A stretch of 63,753 nt of DNA, counting the filler. It is 19 parts of 19 records of this genome, joined end to end, with 100 filler letters (N's around TTAATTAATTAA, not from the genome) between each part and the next. Parts side by side here need not be neighbours in the genome. Positions count along the whole stretch, not along the records: positions 10,412 to 13,473 come from SRR11831580_6670; positions 13,574 to 16,564 come from SRR11831580_6684; positions 16,665 to 18,707 come from SRR11831580_6730; positions 18,808 to 21,957 come from SRR11831580_6732; positions 22,058 to 26,646 come from SRR11831580_6736; 14 more parts are not named here. One strand, given 5' to 3'. The position numbers and the translations under genes are program-made. Below the pieces are notes generated by a model, which saw nothing but the letters and a program-made list of their open reading frames with translations, was not told the DNA's origin and ran no database searches. This document shows, piece after piece, positions 11,568-24,272 of the stretch. Position 1 is the stretch's first letter; the number at the start of each line of letters is the position of its first letter.

Positions 11568-13473
11568 TTACTGATGCGTTACAACGATCAAACGCAGGGC
11601 ATCCAGACGCCAACCTGCCTGATCCAGGCTTTCCATTACCTGCTGACGGTTGCTCTCAATGGCGGTCAGTTCGTCGTCACGAATGTTCGGGTTCACTGCA
11701 CGCAGAGCTTCCAGACGAGACAGCTCGGCAGACAGTTTTTCGTCGGCTTCGTTACGCGCTGCATCAATCAATGCACGGGCAGATTTCTCGATCTGCGCTT
11801 CACCCAGTTGAAGGATAGCGTGAACATCCTGCTGCACGGCGTTAACCAGTTTGCTGCCGGTGTGACGGTTAACCGCGTTAAGCTGGCGGTTAAAGGTTTC
11901 AAACTCTACCTGCGCCGCCAGGTTGTTGCCGTTTTTATCCAGCAGCATACGTACCGGCGTCGGTGGCAGGAAGCGGTTGAGCTGCAACTGCTTCGGAGCC
12001 TGGGCTTCAACCACATAAATCAGTTCCACCAACAGCGTACCTACCGGCAACGCTTTGTTTTTAACAGTGAAATCGTGCTGCTACCGGTATCGCCAGAAAG
12101 GATCAGATCCAGACCGTTGCGGATCAGCGGATGCTCCCAGGTAATAAACTGTGCATCTTCACGCGCCAGCGCCACTTCACGATCAAAGGTGATGGTGATG
12201 CCATCTTCCGACAGGCCAGGGAAGTCCGGCACCAGCATATGATCGGACGGCGTCAGCACGATCATGTTGTCGCCGCGATCGTCCTGATTGATACCGATAA
12301 TATCGAACAGGTTCATGGCGAAGGCGATCAGGTTGGTATCGTCATCCTGCTCTTCAATGCTTTCTGCCAGTGCCTGGGCTTTTTCGCCACCGTTGGAGTG
12401 GATTTCCAGCAGGCGGTCACGACCCTGTTCCAGCTGTGCTTTCAGCGCTTCATGTTGCTCGCGGCAGTTTTTGATCAGATCGTCAAAGCCTTCGGTTTGA
12501 TCCGGTGAAGCCAGATAGTTAATCAGATCGTTGTATACGCTATCGTAAATAGTGCGTCCGGTCGGGCAGGTGTGCTCAAATGCATCCAGACCTTCGTGAT
12601 ACCAGCGCACCAGCACCGACTGAGCGGTTTTCTCCAGATAAGGCACATGGATCTGAATATCGTGCGCCTGGCCGATACGATCCAGACGACCAATACGCTG
12701 CTCCAGTAGATCCGGGTTGAATGGCAGGTCAAACATCACCATGTGGCTGGCGAACTGGAAGTTACGTCCTTCAGAACCGATTTCTGAGCACAGCAGTACC
12801 TGTGCGCCGGTGTCTTCTTCGGCAAACCAGGCGGCAGCGCGGTCACGTTCGATAATCGACATACCTTCGTGGAACACCGCAGCGCGAATACCTTCACGTT
12901 CGCGCAGTACCTGCTCCAGTTGCAGCGCAGTGGCAGCTTTGGCGCAGATCACCAGCACTTTCTGAGAGCGATGGCTGGTCAGGTAGCCCATCAGCCACTC
13001 AACGCGCGGATCGAAGTTCCACCAGGTGGCGTTATCACCTTCAAATTCCTGATAAATACGCTCCGGGTAGAGCATATCGCGAGCACGATCTTCCGCACTT
13101 TTACGTGCGCCCATAATGCCGGAGACTTTAATAGCCGTCTGATACTGCGTCGGTAGCGGCAGCTTAATGGTGTGCAGCTCGCGTTTCGGGAATCCTTTCA
13201 CACCGTTACGCGTGTTACGGAACAGCACGCGGCTGGTGCCGTGGCGATCCATCAGCATCGAAACCAGCTCCTGACGGGCGCTCTGGGCATCTTCGCTGTC
13301 GCTGTTTGCTGCCTGCAACAGCGGCTCGATATCCTGCTCGCCGATCATCTCGCCGAGCATGTTCAGTTCGTCATTGCTCAGTTTGTTACCTGCCAGCAGC
13401 ATGGCAACGGCGTCCGCAACCGGACGATAATTTTTCTGCTCTTCAACGAACTGCGCAAAATCGTGGAAACGGT
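11568..13473 (-). CDS. rapA: RNA polymerase-associated SWI2/SNF2 ATPase, 5'-partial, with 1-nt homopolymer frameshift at ~12058-12062
   Basis: SEGRNFQF and [12 protein letters not shown] helicase motifs; the two ORFs join if one A is restored. Confidence 0.95.
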
Positions 13474-13644
13474 NNNNNNNNNNNNNNNNNNNNNNNNNNN
13501 NNNNNNNNNNNNNNNNNTTAATTAATTAANNNNNNNNNNNNNNNNNNNNNNNNNNNNNNNNNNNNNNNNNNNNTAAAAATGGTACGCATCACACATTTAA
13601 CTGATTCATGTAACAAATCATTTAAGTTTTGCTATCTTAACTGC

Positions 13645-13765
13645 GTGCGGCCTGAAAAACAGTGCTGTGCCCTTGTAACTCATCATAATAATTTACGGCG
13701 CAGCCAAGATTTCCCTGGTGTTGGCGCAGTATTCGCGCACCCCGGTCTAGCCGGGGTCATTTTTT
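13645..13765 (+). ncRNA. arcZ: ArcZ Hfq-dependent sRNA
   Basis: GTGCGGCCTG...TTTCCCTGGTGTTGGCGCAG...CCCCGGTCTAGCCGGGGTCATTTTTT, convergent with arcB 3' end. Confidence 0.92.
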
Positions 13766-16093
13766 AGTGGCTTTTGCCACCCACGCTTTCAGCACTTCTA
13801 CGTCGTGACGCCACTCTTCTTTCATCTCTTCAATCCATTCACCGACGTTATCTTCCCAGGCCGGAAGGTCAGGAGACTGAATTTGCTGACCCAGCTGTTG
13901 CAGATGGCGTAACCCCACTGACCCCGCCGCACCTTTAATTTTATGTCCTTCCTCAACAATGCCTTTTTTATCCTGCGCCGTCAGATTCGACTCCAGCACG
14001 CTGACATAGCCCGGCATCATCTTCTCAAACACCGCTAACCCGTCGGTGATCAGCTTCGGTCCTACAAGTTCGAGATACTGTTCCAGCATGGGAATATCGA
14101 GCAATGCTTCTGATTTACTGTTCTCTTCTGTCGTCACCGTACTCTCCTCATCATCCTGGGTATCCCAGAATTTCTTGATCATCGCGGTTAGCGCCGGAAC
14201 AGAAAGCGGCTTACTCAGCACATCATCCATTCCAGCATTGAGGTACTCTTGTTTGTCTTTCAGCACGTTAGCGGTTAAGGCCACCAGCGGCGGTAAATCC
14301 TCGCGCGGATAACGTTTCGTCAGTTCACGAGAGATATCCAGCCCGGTCATATCTGGCAACTGAATATCCAGCAACACCAGGTCGTATTCGCCCGGTTTAA
14401 ACATCTCCAGCGCCGCCTTGCCGGTCATGGCGACATCAACGCTGTTACCTAATTTTTCCAGCACAGAACGCGCAACAATCACGTTCAGTTCAATGTCTTC
14501 CACCAGCAGCACATTCAGCGCCGGTAAAGGCATATCGTCTTCATCAAACGCATCATCGACCTCTTCTGCTACCGACGGTGCGTGGATCGTCAACGTAAAG
14601 GTTGAACCTTTGCCCTGTTCGCTGGTAACCGTAATATCGCCGCCCATATTTTTCGCCAGACGACGAGAAACGGCCAGACCAATACCGGTGCCGGTGGCAG
14701 GTTTACCGCCATGACTGTCTTTCACCTGGTAATACATGGCGAAAATTTTATCCAGCTCATCCTGCGGAATGCCGATACCAGAGTCTTCCACTTCAAAATG
14801 CAGCATATCGCCTTCATCGTAGCGCACGCGCACGGTAACCTGGCCTTGCTGGGTGAATTTGACGGCGTTACTGATGAGGTTCCACAGGATCTGCCGTAAA
14901 CGCGTCCCGTCGGTAATGACCTGATGCGGTAATGGCAGCGTCGGCTCCAGGTTAAAGCGCAATCCTTTTTGTTGCGCCTGCAATGCGGAGAGATTTTCCA
15001 GATCGGCAAGGAAGCTGGTGAAATCAACCGGTTGATTATCAAGCTGGACCTTGCGCCGTTCCATCTTATCCATGTCGATAATATCGTTAAAGATATTCCC
15101 CAGCGTGACGGCCGAAACATGGATGGTCTTGAGATATTTTTCCTGCTCGGCGGTGAGTTCGGTATCCAGCAGAATGCGGCTCAGACCGACGATACCGTTC
15201 AGCGGTGTACGCAATTCGTGACTGATGGTGGAGATAAACGTCGTTTTGTCGCGGCTGGCCCGTTCAAGCGCATCCTGATACCGCTTACGCTCGGTAATGT
15301 CGCGACCAAAGCCCATCAAACCGTGACGTTTACCCACGCGGTCGTAGTACGGCACTTTACGGATTTCAAAGCAGGCTTTGCGCCCGTCCGGGTAATCCAG
15401 CCACTGTTCATAGGTCAGTGACACATTATGACGGAACACTTTTTCATCGGTTTCAATGACTTTTGCGGCGGCTTCCGGTGAGTAAACATCAGCAGGTTTC
15501 AGGTGAACCAGTTGTTTTTCGCTTTTTCCGGTCAGCAGCTCCATCGCGCGGTTACAGCCGGAAAACTCTTTATCTTCGTTACGATAAAAAACCAGGTCGG
15601 GTGAAGCATCAAGGAAGGAACGTAAGAATGAGGATTGCTGCTCGAGCTGAATTTGTGTCTCTTCGCGCTCTTTGATTTCAATTTTCAGTTGGCCGAAGGT
15701 TTCCTGCAGTTCTGCTTCCGCTTTTTCACGAACGGCAATTTCCTGATTTAGCTGGGCAATATTATCTTTTAACTGAACGTTGAGGCTCAAATCGCGCTCG
15801 CGCATCTCCTCCAGTTTTTGCACCAGCCGTGACAGACGTTGTCGTGACTCCTCCAGTTGCTCGACGACCACCGATAGAAAGTAGACCGCCCACGGCGTAA
15901 TCAGCAAACCAAAGAAGATAGAACGAATAACATCAATGCTTTCGACCTGACCATGCAGCACCATGGTTACCGCCATTTGTACCACAATGGCAAGAACGAC
16001 GAGGGCCAGCGCCAGCAACATTGAGAAGCGCACCAGACCTAACTTCATCATCAGGTCAACATAATACTGCGCCAGCAGACGAATTTGCTTCAT
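13757..16093 (-). CDS. arcB: Aerobic respiration hybrid sensor kinase
   Basis: 778 aa; ISHELRTPL, receiver LLDIQLP, HPt HKIKG. Confidence 0.98.
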   Translation of the reverse strand: MKQIRLLAQYYVDLMMKLGLVRFSMLLALALVVLAIVVQMAVTMVLHGQVESIDVIRSIFFGLLITPWAVYFLSVVVEQLEESRQRLSRLVQKLEEMRERDLSLNVQLKDNIAQLNQEIAVREKAEAELQETFGQLKIEIKEREETQIQLEQQSSFLRSFLDASPDLVFYRNEDKEFSGCNRAMELLTGKSEKQLVHLKPADVYSPEAAAKVIETDEKVFRHNVSLTYEQWLDYPDGRKACFEIRKVPYYDRVGKRHGLMGFGRDITERKRYQDALERASRDKTTFISTISHELRTPLNGIVGLSRILLDTELTAEQEKYLKTIHVSAVTLGNIFNDIIDMDKMERRKVQLDNQPVDFTSFLADLENLSALQAQQKGLRFNLEPTLPLPHQVITDGTRLRQILWNLISNAVKFTQQGQVTVRVRYDEGDMLHFEVEDSGIGIPQDELDKIFAMYYQVKDSHGGKPATGTGIGLAVSRRLAKNMGGDITVTSEQGKGSTFTLTIHAPSVAEEVDDAFDEDDMPLPALNVLLVEDIELNVIVARSVLEKLGNSVDVAMTGKAALEMFKPGEYDLVLLDIQLPDMTGLDISRELTKRYPREDLPPLVALTANVLKDKQEYLNAGMDDVLSKPLSVPALTAMIKKFWDTQDDEESTVTTEENSKSEALLDIPMLEQYLELVGPKLITDGLAVFEKMMPGYVSVLESNLTAQDKKGIVEEGHKIKGAAGSVGLRHLQQLGQQIQSPDLPAWEDNVGEWIEEMKEEWRHDVEVLKAWVAKATKK

Positions 16094-16188
16094 TAGGGAA
16101 TTCCTTCACGACAACCTGCCCCAATAATACCCAATTCTGACAGTTACGTTATAAATTGTGTGAGAAATGCGGAATTCCCCTCAACGAC

Positions 16189-16564
16189 CTACTCCGTTGG
16201 AGGTAGCCACGGACGTCCCAGCGCCGATCCCTGTACGCCATGTTCATTCAGATAGCGATCCAGCTCGACCATTCCCGTCCATCGATTTTCGCACCACAGC
16301 GGAGCAAGCAGCGTCGGGCGACGGGCGCTGGCGGAAATGCGGTGGTAGATCACTTCCGGTGGCGTATGGCGAATCATTTCTCCGGCAGTGAGCGTGTAAT
16401 CCTCCAGTTCAATACCGTTCAAACGCCCCGCTTCCCAGGCTTTCGCCATAATGCTGCCTTTCACAATATGCAGCGGATGCAGCTTTATGCCGTCCACGCC
16501 GGTTTCAACCACTCGCTCCAGCGTTTGCAAACATTCAGCCTGCCCTTCGCCAGGCAGGCCGACA
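16189..16564 (-). CDS. yhcC: Radical SAM family protein, 5'-partial
   Basis: GIKLHPLHIVKGS; upstream neighbour of arcB. Confidence 0.88.
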
Positions 16565-16664
16565 NNNNNNNNNNNNNNNNNNNNNNNNNNNNNNNNNNNN
16601 NNNNNNNNTTAATTAATTAANNNNNNNNNNNNNNNNNNNNNNNNNNNNNNNNNNNNNNNNNNNN

Positions 16665-17221
16665 TGCGTCTTTCCAGCACCCGCCAGGAAACCGGGCGTT
16701 TCAAGGCGCTGCGCGTTTCTGGTCAAACCTGGGGGTTGTTCTTCGAACGCCTGAATGTATCGGTACAGAAACTGGAAAACGCCATCGAGTTTTATGGCGC
16801 GATTTCGCATAACAAACTGCACGGCCTGTCAGTGCAGGTTGAAACCAATCACGTCAAATTACCGGCGGTGGTGGACGGCTTTGCCAGCGAAGGGATCATC
16901 CAGTTCTTTTTCGAAGAAACGCAAGACGAGAATGGCTTTAATATCTACATTCTCGACGAAAGCAACCGGGTTGAGGTATATCACCACTGCGAAGGCAGCA
17001 AAGAGGAGCTGGTACGTGACGTCAGTCGCTTCTACTCGTCATCGCATGACCGTTTTACCTACGGCTCAAGCTTCATCAACTTCAACCTGCCGCAGTTCTA
17101 TCAGATTGTGAAGGTTGATGGTCGTGAACAGGTGATTCCGTTCCGCACAAAATCTATCGGTAACATGCCGCCTGCCAATCAGGATCACGATACGCCGCTA
17201 TTACAGCAATATTTTTCGTGA
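16665..17221 (+). CDS. cyaA: Adenylate cyclase C-terminus, 5'-partial
   Basis: Ends [12 protein letters not shown]...PLLQQYFS; convergent with cyaY. Confidence 0.95.
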
Positions 17222-17260
17222 TGAACGTGCCGGAAAGCGAGGCTTATCCGGCATGCAATC

Positions 17261-17581
17261 TTAGCGGAAACTGACTGTTTCACCCGCCTGCTGCGTCGCC
17301 GCCTGTTCCAGCAAATCCCAGAAGGTTTCGCCGCTGCGATCACAAATCCACTCATCGCCTTTCAGGTCAAAATGGTAGCCGCCCTGTTTGGTTGCCAGCC
17401 ATACCTGGTGCAGCGGCTCCTGGCGGTTGATAATGATTTTGCTGCCATTCTCAAAGGTAATGGTCAGTACGCCGCCGTTGATTTCGCAGTCGATATCGCT
17501 GTCGCCATCCCAGTCGTCCAGGCGTTCTTCAATGGTCAGCCAGAGTTGATCAGCCAGGCGATGAAATTCACTGTCGTTCAT
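17261..17581 (-). CDS. cyaY: Frataxin homolog
   Basis: 106 aa, [14 protein letters not shown]. Confidence 0.97.
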
Positions 17582-18043
17582 TGTTGTATCCTGTTTTTAA
17601 GTGATGGCGGCAGTATAGCGGCATGGGGTCAGGGCTTCAAAGTTTGCACCTCTGCGGCTGCGTTCCGGCACGATTCATCCGTCACCGGAATAATGATGTC
17701 TCTGTGTAGCGAAAGATTTGTCTCTTCATTAGGGCGCAGTTACACCACGTCTTTCCCTGTTTCTGGTAAACATTATGATCAGGTTTACCGAGCGAGCATC
17801 CTCACGCTGACGGAACTAAAAAAGACAACAAACAAACCACATTGCGATAGTGCATAAAGCCATCCTGGCGCGAGGTGCCGATCACGAAACTACCAGCAAA
17901 ACATAAATCCCCACGAGTAAGCGTTATACTCGCAGCATTTCCTCACTTTTCAGACTTCATAAAGAGTCGCTAAACGCTTGCTTTTACGTCTTCTCCTGCG
18001 ATGATAGAAAGCAGAAAGCGATGAACTTTACAGGCAATCCATA

Positions 18044-18247
18044 ATGAAAAACGTGTTTAAGGCACTCACTGTATTACTTACTCTCTTCAGCCTGACGGGC
18101 TGCGGTCTGAAAGGTCCGCTCTATTTCCCGCCTGCAGATAAAAACGCACCGCCGCCGACCAAACCGGTAGAGACGCAAACGCAATCCACGGTGCCGGATA
18201 AAAACGATCGCGCCACTGGCGATGGTCCATCCCAGGTGAATTACTAA
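18044..18247 (+). CDS. yifL: Small lipoprotein YifL (LptM)
   Basis: Lipobox LTGC followed by GLKGPLYF. Confidence 0.93.
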   Translation: MKNVFKALTVLLTLFSLTGCGLKGPLYFPPADKNAPPPTKPVETQTQSTVPDKNDRATGDGPSQVNY

Positions 18248-18283
18248 AAGTCAGTTTCTGTACCCGCGTGATTGGAGTAAATG

Positions 18284-18680
18284 ATGCAGTTCTCGAAAAT
18301 GCATGGCCTTGGCAACGATTTTATGGTCGTCGACGCGGTAACGCAGAATGTCTTTTTTTCACCGGAGCTGATTCGTCGCCTGGCTGATCGGCACCTGGGG
18401 GTAGGGTTTGACCAACTGCTGGTGGTTGAGCCGCCGTATGATCCTGAACTGGATTTTCACTATCGCATTTTCAATGCTGATGGCAGTGAAGTGGCGCAGT
18501 GCGGCAACGGTGCGCGCTGCTTTGCCCGTTTTGTGCGTCTGAAAGGACTGACCAATAAGCGTGATATCCGCGTCAGCACCGCCAACGGGCGGATGGTTCT
18601 GACCGTCACCGATGATGATCTGGTCCGCGTAAATATGGGCGAACCCAACTTCGAACCTTCCGCCGTGCCGTTTCGCGCTA
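18284..18680 (+). CDS. dapF: Diaminopimelate epimerase, 3'-truncated by linker
   Basis: [21 protein letters not shown]. Confidence 0.96.
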
Positions 18681-18707
18681 TCGTATAACTTCGTATAATG
18701 TATGCTA
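18681..18707 (+). other. 454 Titanium paired-end (loxP-containing) linker remnant
   Basis: TCGTATAACTTCGTATAATGTATGCTA at contig end. Confidence 0.92.
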
Positions 18708-18807
18708 NNNNNNNNNNNNNNNNNNNNNNNNNNNNNNNNNNNNNNNNNNNNTTAATTAATTAANNNNNNNNNNNNNNNNNNNNNNNNNNNNNNNNNNNNN
18801 NNNNNNN

Positions 18808-18856
18808 CGTCATCATACTGGTTGTGTTGTTACTGTTAAGTTTCCCGACTTACTAA
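18808..18856 (+). CDS. ibsE: Type I toxin IbsE, 5'-partial
   Basis: VIILVVLLLLSFPTY*; lies next to hldE. Confidence 0.85.
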
Positions 18857-18896
18857 CAACTCATCAGAGGGGGGAGAAATCCTCCCTTACCCTTGT
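18808..18896 (-). ncRNA. sibE: SibE antitoxin RNA, partial; 5' end approximate
   Basis: Antisense to ibsE; minus strand begins ACAAGGGTAAGGGAGGATTTCTCCCCCC. Confidence 0.72.
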
Positions 18897-18975
18897 TCCT
18901 TTACTCTAGGTTGAAAAAACAACAGCGTCAATAGGCCTGCCATGTACGAAGCGAGATCTGTGAACCGCTTTCCGG

Positions 18976-20409
18976 TTAGCCTTTTTTATCCTGTTGGATC
19001 TTCTTGATGATGTTGGTCGTCGAGCAACCGTCTTCAAAGTTGAGCACCAACACTTCGCCACCGTTGGCCCAGACTTCTTTACTCCCGGCAATCTCTTCTG
19101 GTTTATAGTCGCCGCCTTTCACCAGCAGATCTGGCAAGATCCCGGCGATCAAGCGCTGCGGCGTGTCCTCTTCAAACGACACTACCCAGTCGACCGCTTC
19201 CAGTGCGCCCAGCACAATCATACGCTGTTCGAGTGGGTTTACCGGGCGGGAATCCCCTTTCAGCCGTTTGGTGGAGGCATCGCTGTTGACGGCAACAATC
19301 AAGCGGTCACCCAGCTTGCGGGCATTTGCCAGATAAGAGACGTGCCCGGCGTGCAGGATGTCAAAGACACCGTTGGTCATCACCACTTTTTCACCACGTT
19401 TACGCGCTGCCGCTACGGCCAGCTTCAGTTCCTCTTCGGTCATCACGCCAAAGCCTGTATCTGCACGTCCACGTACAGCATTTTCCAGCTCGATCGGCGA
19501 AACCGTGGAGGTTCCCAGTTTGCCGACCACCACGCCAGCCGCCGCATTGGCAAAGAAGCAGGCTTCTTCCAGCGAATTACCCGCTGCCAGCGTTGCCGCC
19601 AGGACGCCAATCACCGTGTCGCCCGCACCGGTAACGTCATACACTTCCTGCGCTTGGGTTGGCATATGCAGCGGCGCTTTACCCGGTTGCAGCAGCGACA
19701 TACCCTGTTCGGAACGGGTCACTAACAGAGCCGAGAGTTCGTAATCGGCAATCAGTTTCATGCCGCGCTCAACAATCTCTTCTTCGGTCTTACATTTACC
19801 GACAACAGCTTCAAATTCCGAGAGATTCGGCGTTAACAGCGTAGCGCCGCGGTAGCGCTCAAAATCGGTACCTTTTGGATCAATCAGCACCGGAACACCC
19901 GCTTTACGCGCCAGTTGGATCATCTGCTGTACGCTTGCCAGCGCACCTTTGGCGTAGTCAGAAAGCACCAGCGCGCCAATCGAACTCAGCGCCTGATTAA
20001 TCCGCTCGTGCAGCGGCTGCGGATCAACACCTTCGAAACCTTCTTCAAAATCCAGACGGATCAGCTGTTGGTTGCGGGAAAGTACCCGTAATTTGGTAAT
20101 GGTCGGATGCGTCGGTACAGAAACGAAGTCGCATTTGACGTTGACGTCGGCCAGAGATTTACTCAGCGCGCGCGCTGCATCGTCAATGCCCGTCAACCCG
20201 ACCAGGCGTGCATTAGCACCGAGAGAAGCGATATTCATCGCCACGTTAGCCGCGCCGCCCGGACGTTCTTCGATGGTATTCACTTTAACCACGGGCACCG
20301 GCGCTTCCGGCGAGATACGACTGGTGGGGCCGTACCAGTAACGATCCAGCATCACATCACCAACCACCATCACTCCTGCACGTTCAAACTCTGGCAGCGT
20401 TACTTTCAT
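18976..20409 (-). CDS. hldE: Bifunctional heptose-7-phosphate kinase / adenylyltransferase
   Basis: 477 aa; DVTGAGDT and [10 protein letters not shown]. Confidence 0.97.
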
Positions 20410-20456
20410 TCCTGTCTCCTGAGAGATTCAAAATTTGCGCGCGATAATACCATACT

Positions 20457-21957
20457 TCATTCTTCCACCAGCCACTTCTGCCAGCTTGCCCGCACCAGTT
20501 CACGCTCTGCGGTGAAGCAATCCTCCGACACATGGCCCGGCAATTCCTGTAATGCCAGATGATGAAGTTCATCGCGAAGCGTAGTGTAAGCACGGGTCAG
20601 CGCCATCGCTTCCTGCTCTTCCATAATGTCGTTTTGCGCCAGTAGTTCCAGAATACGCACGTTGTCTGACCAGCGCGTTAACTTCGGTTTTTCATGAGCG
20701 TAGCGCAACACCAGATATTGGGTAATAAATTCGATATCGGTAATTCCCCCTTCATCAGCTTTGATATCAAAGCGATCGCGATGTTTATTGCCGAGATGAG
20801 CGCGCATTTTCTCGCGCATTTCCCGCACTTCCGTTTGCAGAGTTTTACCTTCACGCGGCAGCGTCATAATCTCGCGACGCACTGCGTCAAAGTGCGCGGT
20901 GAGCTGCGGATCGCCGTACACTACACGCGCACGCACCAGCGCCTGATGTTCCCACGTCCAGGCCTCGTTTTTCTGATAATCGGCAAATGCTTCTGCGGAT
21001 GTCACCAGCATTCCCGCCGCCCCGGACGGACGCAGTCGAGCATCCACTTCATACAAAATGCCGGAAGAGGTACGCGTACTGAACAGATGCATAATGCGTT
21101 GCGCCAGACGCAGATAAAACTGCCGCCCGTCGATTTCCCGCTCACCGTCAGTCATCGCATCCATTGGGCAATCATGGAGGAAGATAAGGTCAAGATCGGA
21201 ACTGTAGCCTAACTCCCAGCCGCCCAGCTTGCCGTAGCCGACCACCGCAAAACCACGCCCTTCGCGTTCGTTCAGGTGATTCGGCTTACCGTAGCGGGCA
21301 ACCATTTGAACCCACGCCTGCTGAACGACGGCATCTATCATGGCTTCCGCCAGCCAGGTTAAGTGATCGCTCACTTTCATCACCGGTAGCGTACCGGCGA
21401 TATCCGCTGCGGCGATGCGTAACAGCTGCGCCTGTTTGAACTGACGCAGCGCCTCAAGCTGTTGCTCTTCGTCATCTTCCGGCACGCGCAGCAAATACTG
21501 GCGCAACTCATCGCGGTAGGCATCGGTCGCCGTCGGCTGGTAAAGGGTGTTTGGATCGAGCAATTCATCCAGCAATAATGGATAACGCGCCAGCTGGCTG
21601 GCAATCATCGGCGACGCGGCACACAGAGAAATCAAATGTTTAAGCGCCGCGGGGAATTCACTGAGCAATTCTAAATAGGTGGTGCGGGTAACAATCCCCA
21701 CCAGCAAGGCGGTAATGCGCGACAGCGTAACGGCAGCGTCTTCACGCGCACAGACATCACTTAGCAGATGCGGCATCAGATGGTCGAGCACCTGACGTCC
21801 TCGCGGCCCGATGGTGCGCTTATCCAGCTCTTTGCGGAAATCGGCAATCAGCGTTAGCACCTGTTTGCGATCATCCTCGCTAAGATGCGCCAGCACTGGC
21901 GTAGTGTCATCTTCCTGCAACGCATCCTGCCACAGCTCACGCCACTGTTCCGACAGC
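20457..21957 (-). CDS. glnE: Glutamine synthetase adenylyltransferase, 5'-partial
   Basis: [17 protein letters not shown] nucleotidyltransferase motif. Confidence 0.96.
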
Positions 21958-22057
21958 NNNNNNNNNNNNNNNNNNNNNNNNNNNNNNNNNNNNNNNNNNN
22001 NTTAATTAATTAANNNNNNNNNNNNNNNNNNNNNNNNNNNNNNNNNNNNNNNNNNNN

Positions 22058-22083
22058 CCCTGTGTGCCTTGCCTCCCACGACT
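22058..22083 (+). other. 454 adaptor B remnant
   Basis: CCCTGTGTGCCTTGCCTCCCACGACT contains the 454 primer B core (CCTATCCCCTGTGTGCCTTG) and replaces the ygiQ 3' end. Confidence 0.85.
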
Positions 22084-24163
22084 TATTGCGGTTCTGGCGA
22101 CGAGCTTCACGCATCTCTTCAATGGTTGGCGCAGGCACTAAGCAATCGCGACGGCTGCCAATCAGATGCTTTTTGCCCATCGCTTCCAGCGCCTGGCGGA
22201 TTAACGGCCAGTTTGCCGGATCGTGGTAACGCAACAACGCTTTATGCAAACGACGCTGTTTGTCGCCCTTCGGTACGAAGACGTCTTCGCTCTTATAACC
22301 AATCTTCGCCAGCGGGTTTTTCCCGGTGTAATACATGGTGGTTGAGTTCGCCAGCGGCGACGGATAGAAGTTCTGCACCTGGTCGAGGCGGAAGCGGTGC
22401 TTTTTCAGCCACAGCGCCAGATTCACCATATCTTCATCACGCGTACCGGGGTGCGCGGAGATGAAATAGGGGATCAGATACTGCTCTTTACCTGCCTGTT
22501 TTGAGTAAGTATCGAACAGCTCTTTAAAGCGGTCATAGCTGCCCATGCCCGGCTTCATCATCTTCGATAACGGCCCTTCTTCGGTATGTTCCGGGGCAAT
22601 CTTCAGATAACCGCCGACGTGATGGGTCGCCAGTTCTTTGATATAGCGCGGATCTTCTACGGCTATGTCATAACGCACACCAGAGGCAATCAGGATCTTT
22701 TTAATGCCTTTCAGATCACGCGCACGGCGATAGAGGTTGATCGTTGGTTCGTGGTTCGTGTCCATGTGCGGACAAATATCCGGATAAACGCACGACAAAC
22801 GGCGACAAGTTTGTTCAGCGCGTGGCGATTTGCAGCGCAACATATACATGTTGGCAGTTGGCCCACCAAGATCGGAAATCACGCCCGTAAAACCTGGAAC
22901 GGTGTCGCGGATCGCTTCGATCTCATTAATGATCGAATCTTCGGAACGGCTCTGAATAATGCGCCCTTCGTGCTCGGTGATAGAACAGAAAGAGCAGCCG
23001 CCAAAGCAGCCACGCATAATGTTGACCGAAAAACGGATCATTTCGTAAGCCGGAATACGGGCATTGCCATAGGCCGGATGTGGCACGCGCTTGTATGGCA
23101 GCGCAAAAACGCTGTCCATCTCTTCGGTAGAAAGCGGAATAGCAGGCGGGTTGATCCACACATAGCGGTCGCCGTGTTTTTGCATCAATGCGCGGGCACA
23201 GCCTGGGTTGGTTTCGTGGTGCAGAATACGCGAAGCATGGGCGTACAGCACTTTATCGCCCTTCACTTTCTCGAAAGAAGGCAGCAACACGTAGGTTTTT
23301 TCCCACGGTTTCGGGCGCGGTGGCTGCACGGTTACGGCTTTGGCTTCCTGCTTTTTCGGTGCCACCGGTTTGTTATCCGCGCACGGCAAATCTTCACCAT
23401 ACGGATGCGGGATTGGGTCGATTTTTCCAGGGGTATCAAGACGGGTGGAATCCACGCCGCTCCAGCCAGGCAGCGCCTCTTTCACGATAATCGCGGTATT
23501 ACGCACATCGCGGATTTCACTAATTGGCTCGCCCATCGCCAGACGATGCGCCACTTCCACCAGCGGACGCTCACCGTTACCAAACATCAGCATGTCGGCT
23601 TTCGAATCCACCAGCACGGAACGGCGCACGGTATCGGACCAGTAATCATAATGCGCGGTACGGCGCAGACTAGCCTCAATACCGCCGAGGATCACCGGTA
23701 CATCTTTCCACGCCTCTTTACAACGCTGGGTATAAACCAGTGTGGCGCGATCCGGGCGCTTACCCGCGACGTTATCCGGCGTGTAGGCATCGTCATGACG
23801 TAAACGGCGATCGGCGGTATAACGGTTGATCATCGAATCCATGTTGCCAGCAGTAACACCGAAAAACAGATTCGGTTTACCCAGACGCATAAAGTCGTCT
23901 TTGCTGCTCCAGTCCGGCTGGGCGATGATCCCGACGCGAAAGCCCTGCGCTTCCAGCATACGACCGCAAATCGCCATCCCGAAGCTTGGGTGATCGACAT
24001 ACGCGTCGCCAGTAACCAAAATGATGTCGCAGCTATCCCAGCCAAGTTGATCCATCTCTTCACGAGACATCGGCAAAAACGGTGCCGGTCCAAAACAGGC
24101 GGCCCAGTACTGCGGCCAGGAGAACAGGTCGCGATCCGGTTGGATCAGGGAGATAGAGCTCAT
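22084..24163 (-). CDS. ygiQ: Radical SAM protein YgiQ, 3'-truncated
   Basis: CFGGCSFC (CxxxCxxC); downstream of ftsP. Confidence 0.94.
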
Positions 24164-24272
24164 TTTGCTTCCAGAAATGATAAAAAATAATCAAAGGCCG
24201 GGGATTATAAGCCGGAACGAAAGAGAAATCGAAAGGTATTCCATACTCGCCCTCCTCGGGCGAGTATGAAGA

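Noticed and set aside
17372-17857. 161-aa ORF antisense to cyaY, and other long antisense ORFs (18994-19725, 22586-23803, 30876-31775)
   Set aside because: Shadow ORFs of real genes with no recognisable motifs.
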